Notes: generated from the letters alone by a model not told the origin. A stretch of DNA of 64,000 nt from Terriglobia bacterium (GCA_963664115.2 CAXWPJ010000009.1:1152001-1216000), one strand, 5' to 3'; positions 8,826 through 18,739 are shown, counted from the first letter of the stretch. Made by a program: numbers and translations.

Positions 8826-9788
8826 ATGGCAGCCCCCGACAGCCCACCGTCCTTGAAGGAACTGGAGAAGCGGTATGCGGGAGGGAAAGACGGCCTCTCT
8901 TCCCGGATATTACGAAAGTTGCAGAGGGATGACCGGATCGGTGGGCAGAAACTCTACCGGAAGCTGAAGAGAAAGCTTGACCTCGAAAAAAAGGAAGAGG
9001 CTCGCCTCGATGCGATGTTCCATTTCGAGGAACTCCTTTGGGCGAGGGGGCTCGAACGTGTCGCGGGCGTTGACGAGGTAGGAATCGGTCCGATGGCCGG
9101 CCCGGTTGTTGCTGCTGCAGTCGTCTTTGGGCCCGGTGCTCGAGTCGATGGTGTCGACGATTCAAAGCGCCTTCGGCCGGATGTGAGAGAGTCTTTGGAT
9201 GTTCAGATTCGGGCCGTCGCGTTGGGTATCGGCGTTGGCGTTATTGAGCCCGATGAAATAGACCGCCTCAACGTCTACAACGCCGGTATCAAGGCGATGC
9301 GTATCGCCGTCGAATCTCTGGAAGACCCTCCCCAGCATGTATTGGTCGATAGCCGGACGATTCCCGGACTGCGGCAGCCTCAGAACAGCTTCAACGGTGG
9401 AGACGGCATCAGCTTTTCGATTGCATCCGCTTCCATAATCGCCAAGGTATTCAGGGACCGGTTGATGGTTGAGATGGATGATCGCTTTCCCGGTTACGGT
9501 TTCGCCCAGCACAAGGGGTATTGCACTGCCATTCATCAGAATGCTGTACGCCGCTTGGGCCCGTGTCCTGTTCACCGCAATTCGTTCGACTTCATTAGTG
9601 AAATTCAGGGCGAATACCACTCGGACTTTTACATGCTGAAACAGGAAATCCAGTCTGTAACAACGTGGAACGAGCTCCAGTCCTGGGATGAACGATTCGC
9701 GAGCAGGCGGGGGAATCTTGACCAGGTCGAAAACCGCAAGTTGAGCATCCTGGCAGGTCGCCGACGTAAAAGACTTCAGCCCAGATAA
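8826..9788 (+). CDS. rnhB: Ribonuclease HII
   Basis: AGVDEVGIGPMAGPVVAAAV, DDSKRL, SIASASIIAKVFRD, HKGY. Confidence 0.95.
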   Translation: MAAPDSPPSLKELEKRYAGGKDGLSSRILRKLQRDDRIGGQKLYRKLKRKLDLEKKEEARLDAMFHFEELLWARGLERVAGVDEVGIGPMAGPVVAAAVVFGPGARVDGVDDSKRLRPDVRESLDVQIRAVALGIGVGVIEPDEIDRLNVYNAGIKAMRIAVESLEDPPQHVLVDSRTIPGLRQPQNSFNGGDGISFSIASASIIAKVFRDRLMVEMDDRFPGYGFAQHKGYCTAIHQNAVRRLGPCPVHRNSFDFISEIQGEYHSDFYMLKQEIQSVTTWNELQSWDERFASRRGNLDQVENRKLSILAGRRRKRLQPR

Positions 9789-9852
9789 GCGCCTCATTAA
9801 AAAGGCTTTGATCAGACTGCAGCGTTGCGCCGGCTTGTAAGGTGGGGGCGAC

Positions 9853-12012
9853 TTGCTGTATATTTTGCCAAAATTCCGATCGGATATTCATGTCAAGTCC
9901 TTGCTTCCGCGCGCAGGCATTCTGGATCGTGAGTTCAGCGGAATAAAGATGCATTCGCAGAGGTTCAAAGACCCCCTCCTCAGTCAAGCTCGTGCGGTCA
10001 CTTATATGTGTCCGCTGATCGAAGAAACTTTGAGGGCGTCCCGGATTCAGCCGAATCGCGAACAAATCCTCGATCGTTTTGTGACCGGACAGCCACGCAT
10101 CGCTGTTGTTCGCGGATCTGAAGATCACCCTTATAGCGTGGGTTGTCGGGATATCGTGCGTCGCCTCGTCCGGCAGGTCTGGACAGAGGGGGCATTGCCG
10201 ATCGAGGTTTCTCAGGCCGTTCCTTGCGAGGAATTGTCCCTGGCTCTTCCCGGATCCCATTACGCTTTCCTTGGGCGTAATGTTTGTGCGGCCAACTTCG
10301 GGACGCTGATGGAAGCCCACGGTTATGACGCAGCCATGGTCATTGGCGCCTGCGACAAGATGCTGGCCGGAGTGTTGCGGGCCCTCGTTGAAGCGGATCT
10401 GGCGCGGCAGAATAGGAAAGCGCGCCCCGTCTACGCTCTTTTCATCCCTCCCAACATTAGCAGCGAGGTCTATCTGGACGAAGAACAGCGCCGGCGTTTC
10501 GACTATCTTCGGGACAAGCTCACGAATGCGGAGTGCAAGAAATTATTTGATCTTCTGGACCGGCCGATAACAAGCGAACTTTACGGAAAGATGAAGGCGT
10601 GTCTGGATCGGGCCTTTCGGAAACGGCTAATTCCGGAAATCGACAAGGATGAGCTCGAGAGAGTGTTGGCCAAGCTGGCGTTGGCGCCTGGAGCCCTCTG
10701 CGCGTCTTCGGAGGCTTCCATCGTTAACCGGTTGATGGTTGCGACCTTCGGTCTTGTGCCTCGGCAGATGGATCTTTCCCGAACGCCGCCCCAGGATAAA
10801 CAATTGTCCTATGCCGTTCGCCTGCTTCTTCAGGGGATTCACAAACGGGAGCGCCGAATCAGCATTTCGCAACTGGTGAAGAGCAATCTTCAAAACGGCC
10901 TTACCGTATGGAGTGCGACCGGAGGACATCCCTCCTGGTTGCTCCATCTGAACTACCTGGCCGAGGCGCTGGGCGTCCGCTTGAGTCCCGCGCTACTGCA
11001 GCGCAAGATGTCTAAGGTGCCGCGTTTGATTTCCTTCGATGATGGCAACGGTCTTCCGGCACATGGTGTGGCCGTGGAAACGGAGTCGGGGAAGAATTCC
11101 GGCATCGATACGCTCATGAGGACGCTGTCGGAGAAGCGCCTGATTGACGATCGGGCGGCGACACTGGAAGGGTCCTGGATGCACCGGATCACGGAAGCAC
11201 GGTCGGCTAACGGGCGCTATTTCCACTCGACGATAACGCCGTGCGCGCCGAGCTGCGGCCTTGCACGCGTCCATGGCAATTTTTCCAGCGGGGCACTGGT
11301 GCAGTTTGGCCAGAAACACGATTTTGCCGGGTACGACAAGAAAATTTATCTGGCGGATTTCTATCTTGGACTGGAGGAGTTCAGGGAGGCGATGGCCGAG
11401 CCGAACGGTGCGCTGGAACGCATTCGCCGTAAAGTGACCCGCGAGGGTTTGTACAAGACAAGCGCTATTAACTGGGGCACAGCGCTAAATGGCAGTGCCA
11501 TCGGGAACGGGAATCTAGAGCGTTGGAGTAAGCAGAAACTTTGGAATTACCTTTTGGATCGAAATCTCTTACGCTGTCTTCTGTTCGTCGCGGGAGAAGG
11601 TCCGCGAGCTTCTGGGATGCCTCAGGTCGGCCTGCCGGAAGCGATTGACGACTCGGTGATCCGGGAAAACTGCGTGATCGCCACGGACGGTCGTGTAGCG
11701 TTTGGCAGTGACACGATGTCGATTGTGCATATCGTTCCCGAGGCCATTGACGGCGGTGGCCTGGCGGGTATCAGGACCGGCGATTGGGTATATCTCAACA
11801 TGCGCAAGGGTGAATTTCAGATTGTCACGTCCGCACGGAATGCGGCCGGATTTCGTGTCGTATCGCAAAGGGAGATTGCCCGCCGAAGCGACGTCAACAG
11901 GCGCGTCCATGAACTTGAACGGCGCCGCCAGGCCTTCCTGCCATCCATCCGCTCCATCCTCGACAGTGTCTCCTCGGCCGCAGAAGGCGTCTCCCCCCTC
12001 ACTAGACCCTGA
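9853..12012 (+). CDS. Divergent dihydroxy-acid dehydratase (IlvD/Edd) family protein, possibly catalytically degenerate
   Basis: GACDKM, SATGG, GEGPRASGMP, ATDGR, HIVPEAIDGG and IRTGD motifs; several catalytic residues are altered. Confidence 0.75.
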   Translation: MLYILPKFRSDIHVKSLLPRAGILDREFSGIKMHSQRFKDPLLSQARAVTYMCPLIEETLRASRIQPNREQILDRFVTGQPRIAVVRGSEDHPYSVGCRDIVRRLVRQVWTEGALPIEVSQAVPCEELSLALPGSHYAFLGRNVCAANFGTLMEAHGYDAAMVIGACDKMLAGVLRALVEADLARQNRKARPVYALFIPPNISSEVYLDEEQRRRFDYLRDKLTNAECKKLFDLLDRPITSELYGKMKACLDRAFRKRLIPEIDKDELERVLAKLALAPGALCASSEASIVNRLMVATFGLVPRQMDLSRTPPQDKQLSYAVRLLLQGIHKRERRISISQLVKSNLQNGLTVWSATGGHPSWLLHLNYLAEALGVRLSPALLQRKMSKVPRLISFDDGNGLPAHGVAVETESGKNSGIDTLMRTLSEKRLIDDRAATLEGSWMHRITEARSANGRYFHSTITPCAPSCGLARVHGNFSSGALVQFGQKHDFAGYDKKIYLADFYLGLEEFREAMAEPNGALERIRRKVTREGLYKTSAINWGTALNGSAIGNGNLERWSKQKLWNYLLDRNLLRCLLFVAGEGPRASGMPQVGLPEAIDDSVIRENCVIATDGRVAFGSDTMSIVHIVPEAIDGGGLAGIRTGDWVYLNMRKGEFQIVTSARNAAGFRVVSQREIARRSDVNRRVHELERRRQAFLPSIRSILDSVSSAAEGVSPLTRP

Positions 12013-13854
12013 ACAAGCGTGATTGACGAGGAAATGATAGTGCAATAAGAGCGGAAGTACCCGAAATGCCCCCTCTCCGTGCGAAAAAAACCTTGAACAG
12101 ATTCTTCGGAAAAGGAGGCATTTCAGATGAACGATTATACGCGCAAGAACATGAGGAACCGCAAGCGGCGAATCGAACGTCGGCTTGGGGACCGGCATTG
12201 GACGGATCAGGTAGAGCCGATGTTTTCGGCGAGCAACATTCAGTACGAGATGGGAGAGCGGACGCGGGGCACATCGGTTGGTGGTATCGGGACGATGCAA
12301 CTGGTGGCGCGGCGGACCGGGCTGATCGAAGCCATCGACAAGGGCGTGCATGTGTTGAAGCGGCACCTGCCGTATCACGAGTCGGATCACGTGCTGAACA
12401 TCGCCTACAACGCCTTGAGCGGAGGAACGTGCCTGGAAGACATCGAACTGCGGCGCAACGATGCGGTGTATCTGGATGCGCTGGGAGCGCAACGGATTCC
12501 GGATCCGACGACGGCGGGAGACTTCTGCCGGAGATTCGAGGCCGACGACGTGGAGTGTCTGATGGAGGCAACCAATCAAGTCCGGCTCGGAGTCTGGCGA
12601 CAGCAACCGGCGGCGTTTTTCGAAGAAGCGGTGTTGGACGCGGACGGGACACTGGCCGAAACCACGGGGGAATGCAAGCAAGGGATGGACGTGGCCTACG
12701 ACGGGACGTGGGGATATCACCCGCTGATGATCTCGCTGGCCAACACCGCCGAACCGCTGTATCTGGTCAATCGTAGCGGCAACCGGCCGTCGCATGAAGG
12801 AGCCGCGGTCCGGTTCGACCAAGCCATCGCATTGTGCCGGCATGCGGGGTTTCGCCAGATCCTGCTGCGCGGGGACACGGACTTCAGCCAGACCCGGCAT
12901 CTGGACGGATGGGACGACCAGCAGGTGGGTTTCATATTCGGGATTGACGCGATGGCGAACCTGAAGGCCCGGGCCGATGAACTGGAGCCGCGCCAGTGGA
13001 AGCGCCTGGAACGGCCCGCGAAATACGACGTGGCGACCGAACCGCGCCAACGTCCCGACAACGTGAAGGAAGAGATCGTTCGGCAGCGCGGTTTCGACAA
13101 TATCCGCTTGCAGGGTGAGGATGTGGCCGAGTTTCGGTATCGACCCGGAGCCTGCGATCGGGACTACCGTGTCGTCGTGGTGCGGAAGAATCTGTCGGTG
13201 GCCAAAGGAGAGCAGGTGTTGTTTGACGACATCCGGTACTTCTTCTACATTACCAACCGTTCGGATCCGGCCGACCAGATTGTGATGCGTGCCAATCAAC
13301 GGTGCAATCAGGAGAATCTCATTGAGCAGTTGAAGAACGGCGTTCAGGCGTTGCGGATGCCGGTCGGAGATCAGACCAGCAACTGGGCCTACATGGTGAT
13401 CGCGTCACTGGCCTGGACACTGAAAGCGTGGTTTGCATTGCTGCTTCCCGAAACCGGACGTTGGGGCCAAAAATATCAGGCTGAGAAGCAAACCGTGCTG
13501 CGCATGGAGTTCAAAACCTTCTTGAACGCTTTCATGCTTGTGCCGTGCCAACTCGTGCGCACCGGGCGGCGCATTCTGTTCCGGATCCTGGCCTGGAACC
13601 GGTGGTTGCCGGTCTTGTTCCGCGGGGTGGATGTGTTGCGTCAGCCTCTGCGATGTTGACCCGATCATGACTCTGAGCCCGGGCGATCGAGGTCCCGGTT
13701 TCTGTCAACCGTCCAACACCAGCGAGGCTGAACTGAAACAGATTCAACAGAAACTCGATACCTGGAACAGGCCATCCGGGAACGGGATTCTATGCCTCGA
13801 ATTCTATCGGCGCGAACTGGGCCTCGGCGGACTGGTTATGCGCTTGTTTTGGGT
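12006..13854 (+). mobile_element. IS1380-family insertion sequence
   Basis: Imperfect terminal IRs ACCCTGAACAAGCG / CGCTTGTTTTGGGT, flanked by a CTAG direct repeat (12002-12005 and 13855-13858). Confidence 0.88.
12127..13659 (+). CDS. IS1380-family transposase
   Basis: 510 aa; IPDPTT, LDADGT, GYHPL, LRGDTDF and RCNQENLIEQLK DDE motifs. Confidence 0.92.
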   Translation: MNDYTRKNMRNRKRRIERRLGDRHWTDQVEPMFSASNIQYEMGERTRGTSVGGIGTMQLVARRTGLIEAIDKGVHVLKRHLPYHESDHVLNIAYNALSGGTCLEDIELRRNDAVYLDALGAQRIPDPTTAGDFCRRFEADDVECLMEATNQVRLGVWRQQPAAFFEEAVLDADGTLAETTGECKQGMDVAYDGTWGYHPLMISLANTAEPLYLVNRSGNRPSHEGAAVRFDQAIALCRHAGFRQILLRGDTDFSQTRHLDGWDDQQVGFIFGIDAMANLKARADELEPRQWKRLERPAKYDVATEPRQRPDNVKEEIVRQRGFDNIRLQGEDVAEFRYRPGACDRDYRVVVVRKNLSVAKGEQVLFDDIRYFFYITNRSDPADQIVMRANQRCNQENLIEQLKNGVQALRMPVGDQTSNWAYMVIASLAWTLKAWFALLLPETGRWGQKYQAEKQTVLRMEFKTFLNAFMLVPCQLVRTGRRILFRILAWNRWLPVLFRGVDVLRQPLRC

Positions 13855-13866
13855 CTAGACTCAGGC

Positions 13867-14196
13867 ATGTCTCGATCCTCTGCCGCAGCCCTTCCTCAGA
13901 CGGACACGTCAACCGATGTCCGACTTGAAAAGCTCTACCACGTCATTCTTCTCAACGACGAAGATCATACCTACGACTACGTTGTCGAAATGATTCAAAA
14001 ATTGTTCGGTTGCACCGAATCGCGGGCCTTCTCTCATGCCGTCGAAGTGGACACGAAAGGGACCACGATACTTTTGACGTGTGAGTTGGAAAAAGCGGAG
14101 TTGAAACGGGATCAGATTCACGCTTACGGCGCGGATCCCCTGATGCCCCGATCCTTGGGCTCTATGGCCGCAATCGTCGAACCCGCCGCAGGATGA
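13867..14196 (+). CDS. clpS: ATP-dependent Clp protease adaptor ClpS
   Basis: YHVILLNDEDHTYDYVVEMIQKLF, EVDTKG. Confidence 0.9.
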   Translation: MSRSSAAALPQTDTSTDVRLEKLYHVILLNDEDHTYDYVVEMIQKLFGCTESRAFSHAVEVDTKGTTILLTCELEKAELKRDQIHAYGADPLMPRSLGSMAAIVEPAAG

Positions 14197-14207
14197 GTGC
14201 AGGGATC

Positions 14208-14295
14208 TTTAACACGAAGGACACGAAGGAGAAACGGAGAATACCTCAGTCATTCTTATCCTTTCCTTCGTTGCCTTCGTGTCTTCGTGTTTAAA
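14208..14295. repeat. Intergenic palindromic element (CACGAAG-unit arms)
   Basis: TTTAACACGAAGGACACGAAGG ... CCTTCGTTGCCTTCGTGTCTTCGTGTTTAAA between convergent clpS and fabG. Confidence 0.85.
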
Positions 14296-14306
14296 AACCG
14301 GATCGC

Positions 14307-15035
14307 TCAGATCGCCAGGCCGCCGTCGACCTGGATGACCTGCCCGGTGATGTAGGCGGCTTCTTCCGATACCAGGAATTTTGCGATGCGGGCGACTTCC
14401 GAGGGTTGCCCGTAGCGGCCGAGTGGGATCTGCTCGAGTGCCTTCTGCCGATATTCTTCGGCCATTCCCCGTGTCATATCAGTATCGATGAGTCCCAGTG
14501 CCAGGGCGTTGACCGTGATGCCGGCCCTCGCCAACTCCTTGGCCAGGGCCTTGGTGAACCCGATCATGCCGGCCTTTGATGCCGAATAGTTGGTTTGGCC
14601 CGGCAGGCCCACCAAACCGCTGATGGAAGAAATATTGAGGATGGTTCCGGAGCGCTGCTTGAGCATGGCGGTGGAGACGGGACGCGTGAAGTTGTACAGG
14701 CCTTTCAGGTTGGTGTCGAGGACTGCGTCCCAGTCGGCTTCGCTCATGCGCACCAGTAGTTTGTCGCGCGTTATGCCGGCGTTGTTGACCAGGATGTCGA
14801 TGCGCCCTAACGATGCACGCACCTCTTTCACCACTTCCGCTGCGCGAGCGCTGTCAGCGACGTCGGCCTTGAACGCGAAGATGTTTTCGCCGTCGGCGAT
14901 TTCATCGGCTAGGGCACTATTACTGGCATAAGTCAGGACCACCCGGGCACCGTCGGCGGACAAGGCCTCTACGATGGCTCGACCGATTCCCCGGGTTCCA
15001 CCCGTGACGATCGCCACTTTGTCGGACAGGGACAC
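14307..15035 (-). CDS. fabG: 3-oxoacyl-ACP reductase (SDR)
   Basis: TGGTRGIG, NNAGITRD, NYSASKAG, YITGQVIQVDGG; GTG start behind AGGAGG. Confidence 0.88.
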   Translation of the reverse strand: MSLSDKVAIVTGGTRGIGRAIVEALSADGARVVLTYASNSALADEIADGENIFAFKADVADSARAAEVVKEVRASLGRIDILVNNAGITRDKLLVRMSEADWDAVLDTNLKGLYNFTRPVSTAMLKQRSGTILNISSISGLVGLPGQTNYSASKAGMIGFTKALAKELARAGITVNALALGLIDTDMTRGMAEEYRQKALEQIPLGRYGQPSEVARIAKFLVSEEAAYITGQVIQVDGGLAI

Positions 15036-15165
15036 TGGACCTCCTAGGCGATGGCCGGACACTTCAATGATTTTGGTTTACCGTTCCGGCGAGACTGTGA
15101 TTAAGGGCCGGATTGTACCAGATGAAGTGAACGGACGTTTGTGTCGGGATCGCTTGAACAAGCGA

Positions 15166-16134
15166 TCAGGACACCAGTACGGCGGCCAGGTCCAGGAGCT
15201 CCATGTCCAACGGTTTTGCCTTGCCGGCGACTTCGTTGAGCGGTGTCGTTTGAGCGGCGCCGTTCAGAAGGCCCACCAGACAAGCAAATTCTTTCCTTTT
15301 GATTGCGGCGATCGCGCCTGCGCCTAAGCGAGTTGCGAGGAGCCTGTCAAACGCTGTTGGGGCCCCGCCCCGCTGCACGTGTCCCAGAATGGTCGCCCGA
15401 ATTTCAAATTCAAGATCGGATTGTTCCCTGAAGTACCGGCTGAGCGCTTCCGCGTTGCATTCGGCGCCTTCGGCAACGACGGCGAGTGCGTGCTGCTTTC
15501 CATTTTCATAGGCTGTCTGGAATTCCCGGGCGACCGCCTCCGGACTGATCGGGCGTTCGGGAATGGCGACGGCCTCCGCCCCACCGGTGATGCCTGCGAT
15601 CAGGGCGAGGTAACCGCAGTCGCGGCCCATGACTTCGACCACGAGACCGCGCTGATGGGACGAAGCCGTGACCTTCAATCGATCGATCGCCTCCAAAGCA
15701 ATGTTCAAGGCGGTATCCACGCCAATCGTGATATCGGACCCGGCAAGATCATTGTCGATTGTCGAGGCTACGCCTACGACCGGGAACCCCGCCTCTGATA
15801 GCGCAAACGCACCTTGTTGCGAACCGTTTCCCCCGATGACGACCAGGGCTTCGATTCCACATCCCGACAGTTGGTCCAGCGCTTGTGCCCGGCCCGCCTC
15901 GGTCGCGAACTCCGGGCATCGAGCTGTTCCCAGGAAAGTCCCGCCCCGCTGAATGATTCCGCTGACGGCTCGGCTTCCCAGCGGCGCAATCGCTCCACCG
16001 AGCAGCCCGTTAAAACCCCGTTCAACGCCGAAAACTTCAAAGCCCGCGTCCTGTCCTGCGCGGACGACAGTTCGGATGGCTGCGTTCATTCCCGGGGCAT
16101 CGCCCCCGCTGGTCAACACTGCGATTCGTTTCAT
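15166..16134 (-). CDS. pfkA: ATP-dependent 6-phosphofructokinase
   Basis: LTSGGDAPGMNAA, GGTFLGTAR, TIDND, EVMGRDCG, LGHVQRGG. Confidence 0.95.
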   Translation of the reverse strand: MKRIAVLTSGGDAPGMNAAIRTVVRAGQDAGFEVFGVERGFNGLLGGAIAPLGSRAVSGIIQRGGTFLGTARCPEFATEAGRAQALDQLSGCGIEALVVIGGNGSQQGAFALSEAGFPVVGVASTIDNDLAGSDITIGVDTALNIALEAIDRLKVTASSHQRGLVVEVMGRDCGYLALIAGITGGAEAVAIPERPISPEAVAREFQTAYENGKQHALAVVAEGAECNAEALSRYFREQSDLEFEIRATILGHVQRGGAPTAFDRLLATRLGAGAIAAIKRKEFACLVGLLNGAAQTTPLNEVAGKAKPLDMELLDLAAVLVS

Positions 16135-16272
16135 AAAGAGAGTCTACCCGAAGACCACAAGACGGATGTTGGAGACAGGCCTGTCAACTCCAGAACTAGC
16201 CTAGTGAATTCTTGCATTTGCGAATTCCGGGTGTGACGCGTCTGTCCCCATAATTCCCTCCGCCGACAGACA

Positions 16273-16301
16273 TTGACCCGGTCGCCGAAACTCCTTATTC
16301 T
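16273..16301 (+). promoter_or_regulatory. Putative sigma70 promoter of the bacilliredoxin gene
   Basis: TTGACC-N17-TATTCT, followed by a GC-rich leader hairpin (about 16304-16343). Confidence 0.5.
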
Positions 16302-16375
16302 CTTGGGGTAGTGCCTGCGGCAATGCGCCGTAGCGGGCTACTCAGGCAAACACATTTAAGAGGAGACTTACAGGC

Positions 16376-16831
16376 ATGGATTTCAACTTCAAGCCCAATC
16401 GTTACCCCGAAGATCTCATCAAACCCATGAGAGAAGACCTCACGCGTTTGGGTGTTCGGGAAACGCGTACACCCGAAGAAGTCGATGAAGCGATTCAGAA
16501 CACGGACGGGACGACAATGGTGATCGTCAATTCCGTGTGTGGTTGTGCTGCGGGAAAGGCCCGGCCAGGTGTCGCCATGGCATTGGGTCATGCCGTCAAA
16601 CCGGACAACGTTATCACGGTGTTTGCCGGTGCGGACATTGAAGCCACCGAGAGGGCACGGGAGCTTTTCAAGGGTTACGCTCCATCATCTCCCTCGATCG
16701 CTCTCATGCAGAACGGGGAAGTGGTTTACATGCTGGAGCGCCACCAGATCGAGGGACGAGAGGCACCCGAGATCGCGGCCGTACTGACGGACGCGTTCGA
16801 TCAACTATGTGCGCCCGTTTCGAATGAATGA
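16376..16831 (+). CDS. BrxA/BrxB family bacilliredoxin (YphP/YqiW)
   Basis: NSVCGCAAGKARP (CGC motif), TVFAG, PSSPSIAL, LERHQIEG. Confidence 0.92.
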   Translation: MDFNFKPNRYPEDLIKPMREDLTRLGVRETRTPEEVDEAIQNTDGTTMVIVNSVCGCAAGKARPGVAMALGHAVKPDNVITVFAGADIEATERARELFKGYAPSSPSIALMQNGEVVYMLERHQIEGREAPEIAAVLTDAFDQLCAPVSNE

Positions 16832-17007
16832 AGATCTTCGATCCTCTGCGACTCGGGCATATGCTGGGTTGCACGCCGCTGGATGAGTTTTCTGGAATCG
16901 AGCGCAAATCTTGCTTAGAATGTCGGGACGGATGATCGCACAACAGTTTCATCGGCCCGATGTTTCCCACGCCGAGAAGAGGCGGTCTGTGTGAAGGAGG
17001 CCGTCTG

Positions 17008-17568
17008 ATGCCAAGTCGTGTGTTTGTGGGGAACCTCCCCTATGACGCGACGGAAGGCGAAATCCGGGAGCACTTTTCCGAAGTGGCGCCCGTTTCCCGC
17101 GTCTTCATGCCTCTGGACAGGGAGACAGGGCGACCGCGTGGTTTCGCATTCGTAGAGTTCGCTGAGGACGCACATGCTTCCTCGGCGATCCAACAGCTCC
17201 ATCAAAAGCCTTTCAAGGACAGGCCTCTGGTTGTCAACGAAGCCCGCCCAAGCGAAGGACGCCCATCGGGCGGATTTCGGCCGGGAGGGGCTTCCGGAGG
17301 CGGGTCGGCGCCTTACAGACCCCAATCGAGACCGGGTTCCGGTGGGCCGCCTCCCGCAGGCGACGCCCCCAGCAGTTCCGCTCCCTCACGTTCCCGCCGC
17401 CGTGGAGGCAAGCGCCCTTCCTGGGAGGAGGCGCCGAAGAAGGAGCCGATTCCAGAGGTGCGCCGCGCACAGATGTTTGGCGGGAACGAAGATATCGATG
17501 AGGACGAGGAAGATATCGAGTTTGAGAATTTCGCGACCAGTTTGCCCGAAGATGACGACGAAGAGTGA
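17008..17568 (+). CDS. RRM-domain RNA-binding protein with a Gly/Pro/Arg-rich and acidic tail
   Basis: RNP2 VFVGNL, RNP1 RGFAFVEF, LVVNEARP; AGGAGG RBS. Confidence 0.92.
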   Translation: MPSRVFVGNLPYDATEGEIREHFSEVAPVSRVFMPLDRETGRPRGFAFVEFAEDAHASSAIQQLHQKPFKDRPLVVNEARPSEGRPSGGFRPGGASGGGSAPYRPQSRPGSGGPPPAGDAPSSSAPSRSRRRGGKRPSWEEAPKKEPIPEVRRAQMFGGNEDIDEDEEDIEFENFATSLPEDDDEE

Positions 17569-17620
17569 GTGTCCGGACTTCTTTGCGATCCATCCCCAGC
17601 TTGTCTGATTTACAAAAAAC

Positions 17621-18211
17621 ATGAGTCAGTCCCGCTTTGTCCTTGGTGTCGACCTCGATGGTGTTTGCGCGGACTTTTATAAGGGCTTGCGCCCGATTGC
17701 GGCGGAATGGTTGGGAGTGCCTATTGAATCGCTCCCAATGGAAGTCAGTCACGGTTTGCGGGAATGGGGGATAGATTCCGCTCCCGGTGGATATGAAGCT
17801 CTTCACCGTTTCGCGGTGACCCAACGAAATCTGTTCCGGGAACTGGAACCCGTGAACCGGGCGGCCGCGACCTTACGCCAGATTTCTGCTCGGGACGTGC
17901 GTATTCGGATCATCACCAATCGACTCTTCATCAAGTACTTTCATCAGCAGGCTGTGCGCCAGACGATCGAGTGGCTCGATCACTACGACATCCCGTATTG
18001 GGATCTTTGTTTTATGCGAGACAAAGCTGCAGTCGGAGCGGATCTGTACATCGAGGATTCACCCGATAACATAGAGCAACTCCGGGGAGACGGCTATCCC
18101 ACGCTGGTCTTTTCGAACTCTACAAACCGCAGCCTTCCGCCTCCGCGTGCCGACTCATGGGACGACGTCGAACAGTTCGTGGGAGAAGAACTCGTGAGAT
18201 GGAAAGCCTGA
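17621..18211 (+). CDS. HAD-superfamily 5'(3')-deoxyribonucleotidase-like protein (NT5C)
   Basis: GVDLDGVCADF, IITNR, YIEDSPDNI. Confidence 0.82.
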   Translation: MSQSRFVLGVDLDGVCADFYKGLRPIAAEWLGVPIESLPMEVSHGLREWGIDSAPGGYEALHRFAVTQRNLFRELEPVNRAAATLRQISARDVRIRIITNRLFIKYFHQQAVRQTIEWLDHYDIPYWDLCFMRDKAAVGADLYIEDSPDNIEQLRGDGYPTLVFSNSTNRSLPPPRADSWDDVEQFVGEELVRWKA

Positions 18212-18268
18212 CGGAAATTAGGAAATAAGGGGTCAGAGCCCTATGGTCCCATTTTCAGGAGGCAGAAA

Positions 18269-18739
18269 GTGACTCAGGACGAATCTTTGAGAAACCATTT
18301 GGTGGCCCTTCTCAAGGCCGGCCATTCACATTCTCCGATTGGACAGGTCGTCGCCGCGTGGCCTTCCGAATCGCGTGGAACGAAGCCGGGTGACGCGAAC
18401 CATACCGCATGGCAGTTACTGGAACACCTGCGAACTGCGCAGTGGGATATTCTTGGTTTTTCCCTCTCTGCCGATCACGTTTCACCTGAATTTCCCGATG
18501 GTTATTGGCCCGATAGCGATACACCACCCAACGACCAAGCCTGGGAGCAGAGTGTCGAACAGTTTGCGAAAGACCTGGAGGCGATGCGGGCCTTGGTTTC
18601 GGATCCGTCGACAGATCTTCATGCCCGGATACCTCACGGGGACGGCCAGACGATACTCCGGGAGGCCTTAACGCTGGCGTCCCACAACTCCTACCACATC
18701 GGGCAGCTCATGACCTTGAGGCGGGTGCTTGGAGTTTAG
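18269..18739 (+). CDS. DinB family protein
   Basis: WQLLEHLR...QWDIL, HNSYHIGQL; AGGAGG RBS. Confidence 0.85.
   Translation: MTQDESLRNHLVALLKAGHSHSPIGQVVAAWPSESRGTKPGDANHTAWQLLEHLRTAQWDILGFSLSADHVSPEFPDGYWPDSDTPPNDQAWEQSVEQFAKDLEAMRALVSDPSTDLHARIPHGDGQTILREALTLASHNSYHIGQLMTLRRVLGV

Noticed and set aside
8782-9165. N-terminal 128 codons of the 315-aa ORF 8218..9165
   Set aside because: Overlaps rnhB antisense; the recognisable DUF4416 sequence begins at TTG 8781
11569-13299. 576-aa minus-strand ORF
   Set aside because: Antisense shadow of the IS1380 transposase and ilvD-like gene; crosses the IS boundary and has no motifs
14208-14295. CRISPR-like or iteron interpretation of the CACGAAG/CGCAAAG repeats
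   Set aside because: Units are 8-9 nt, directly tandem and inverted, with no unique spacers and no cas or rep genes
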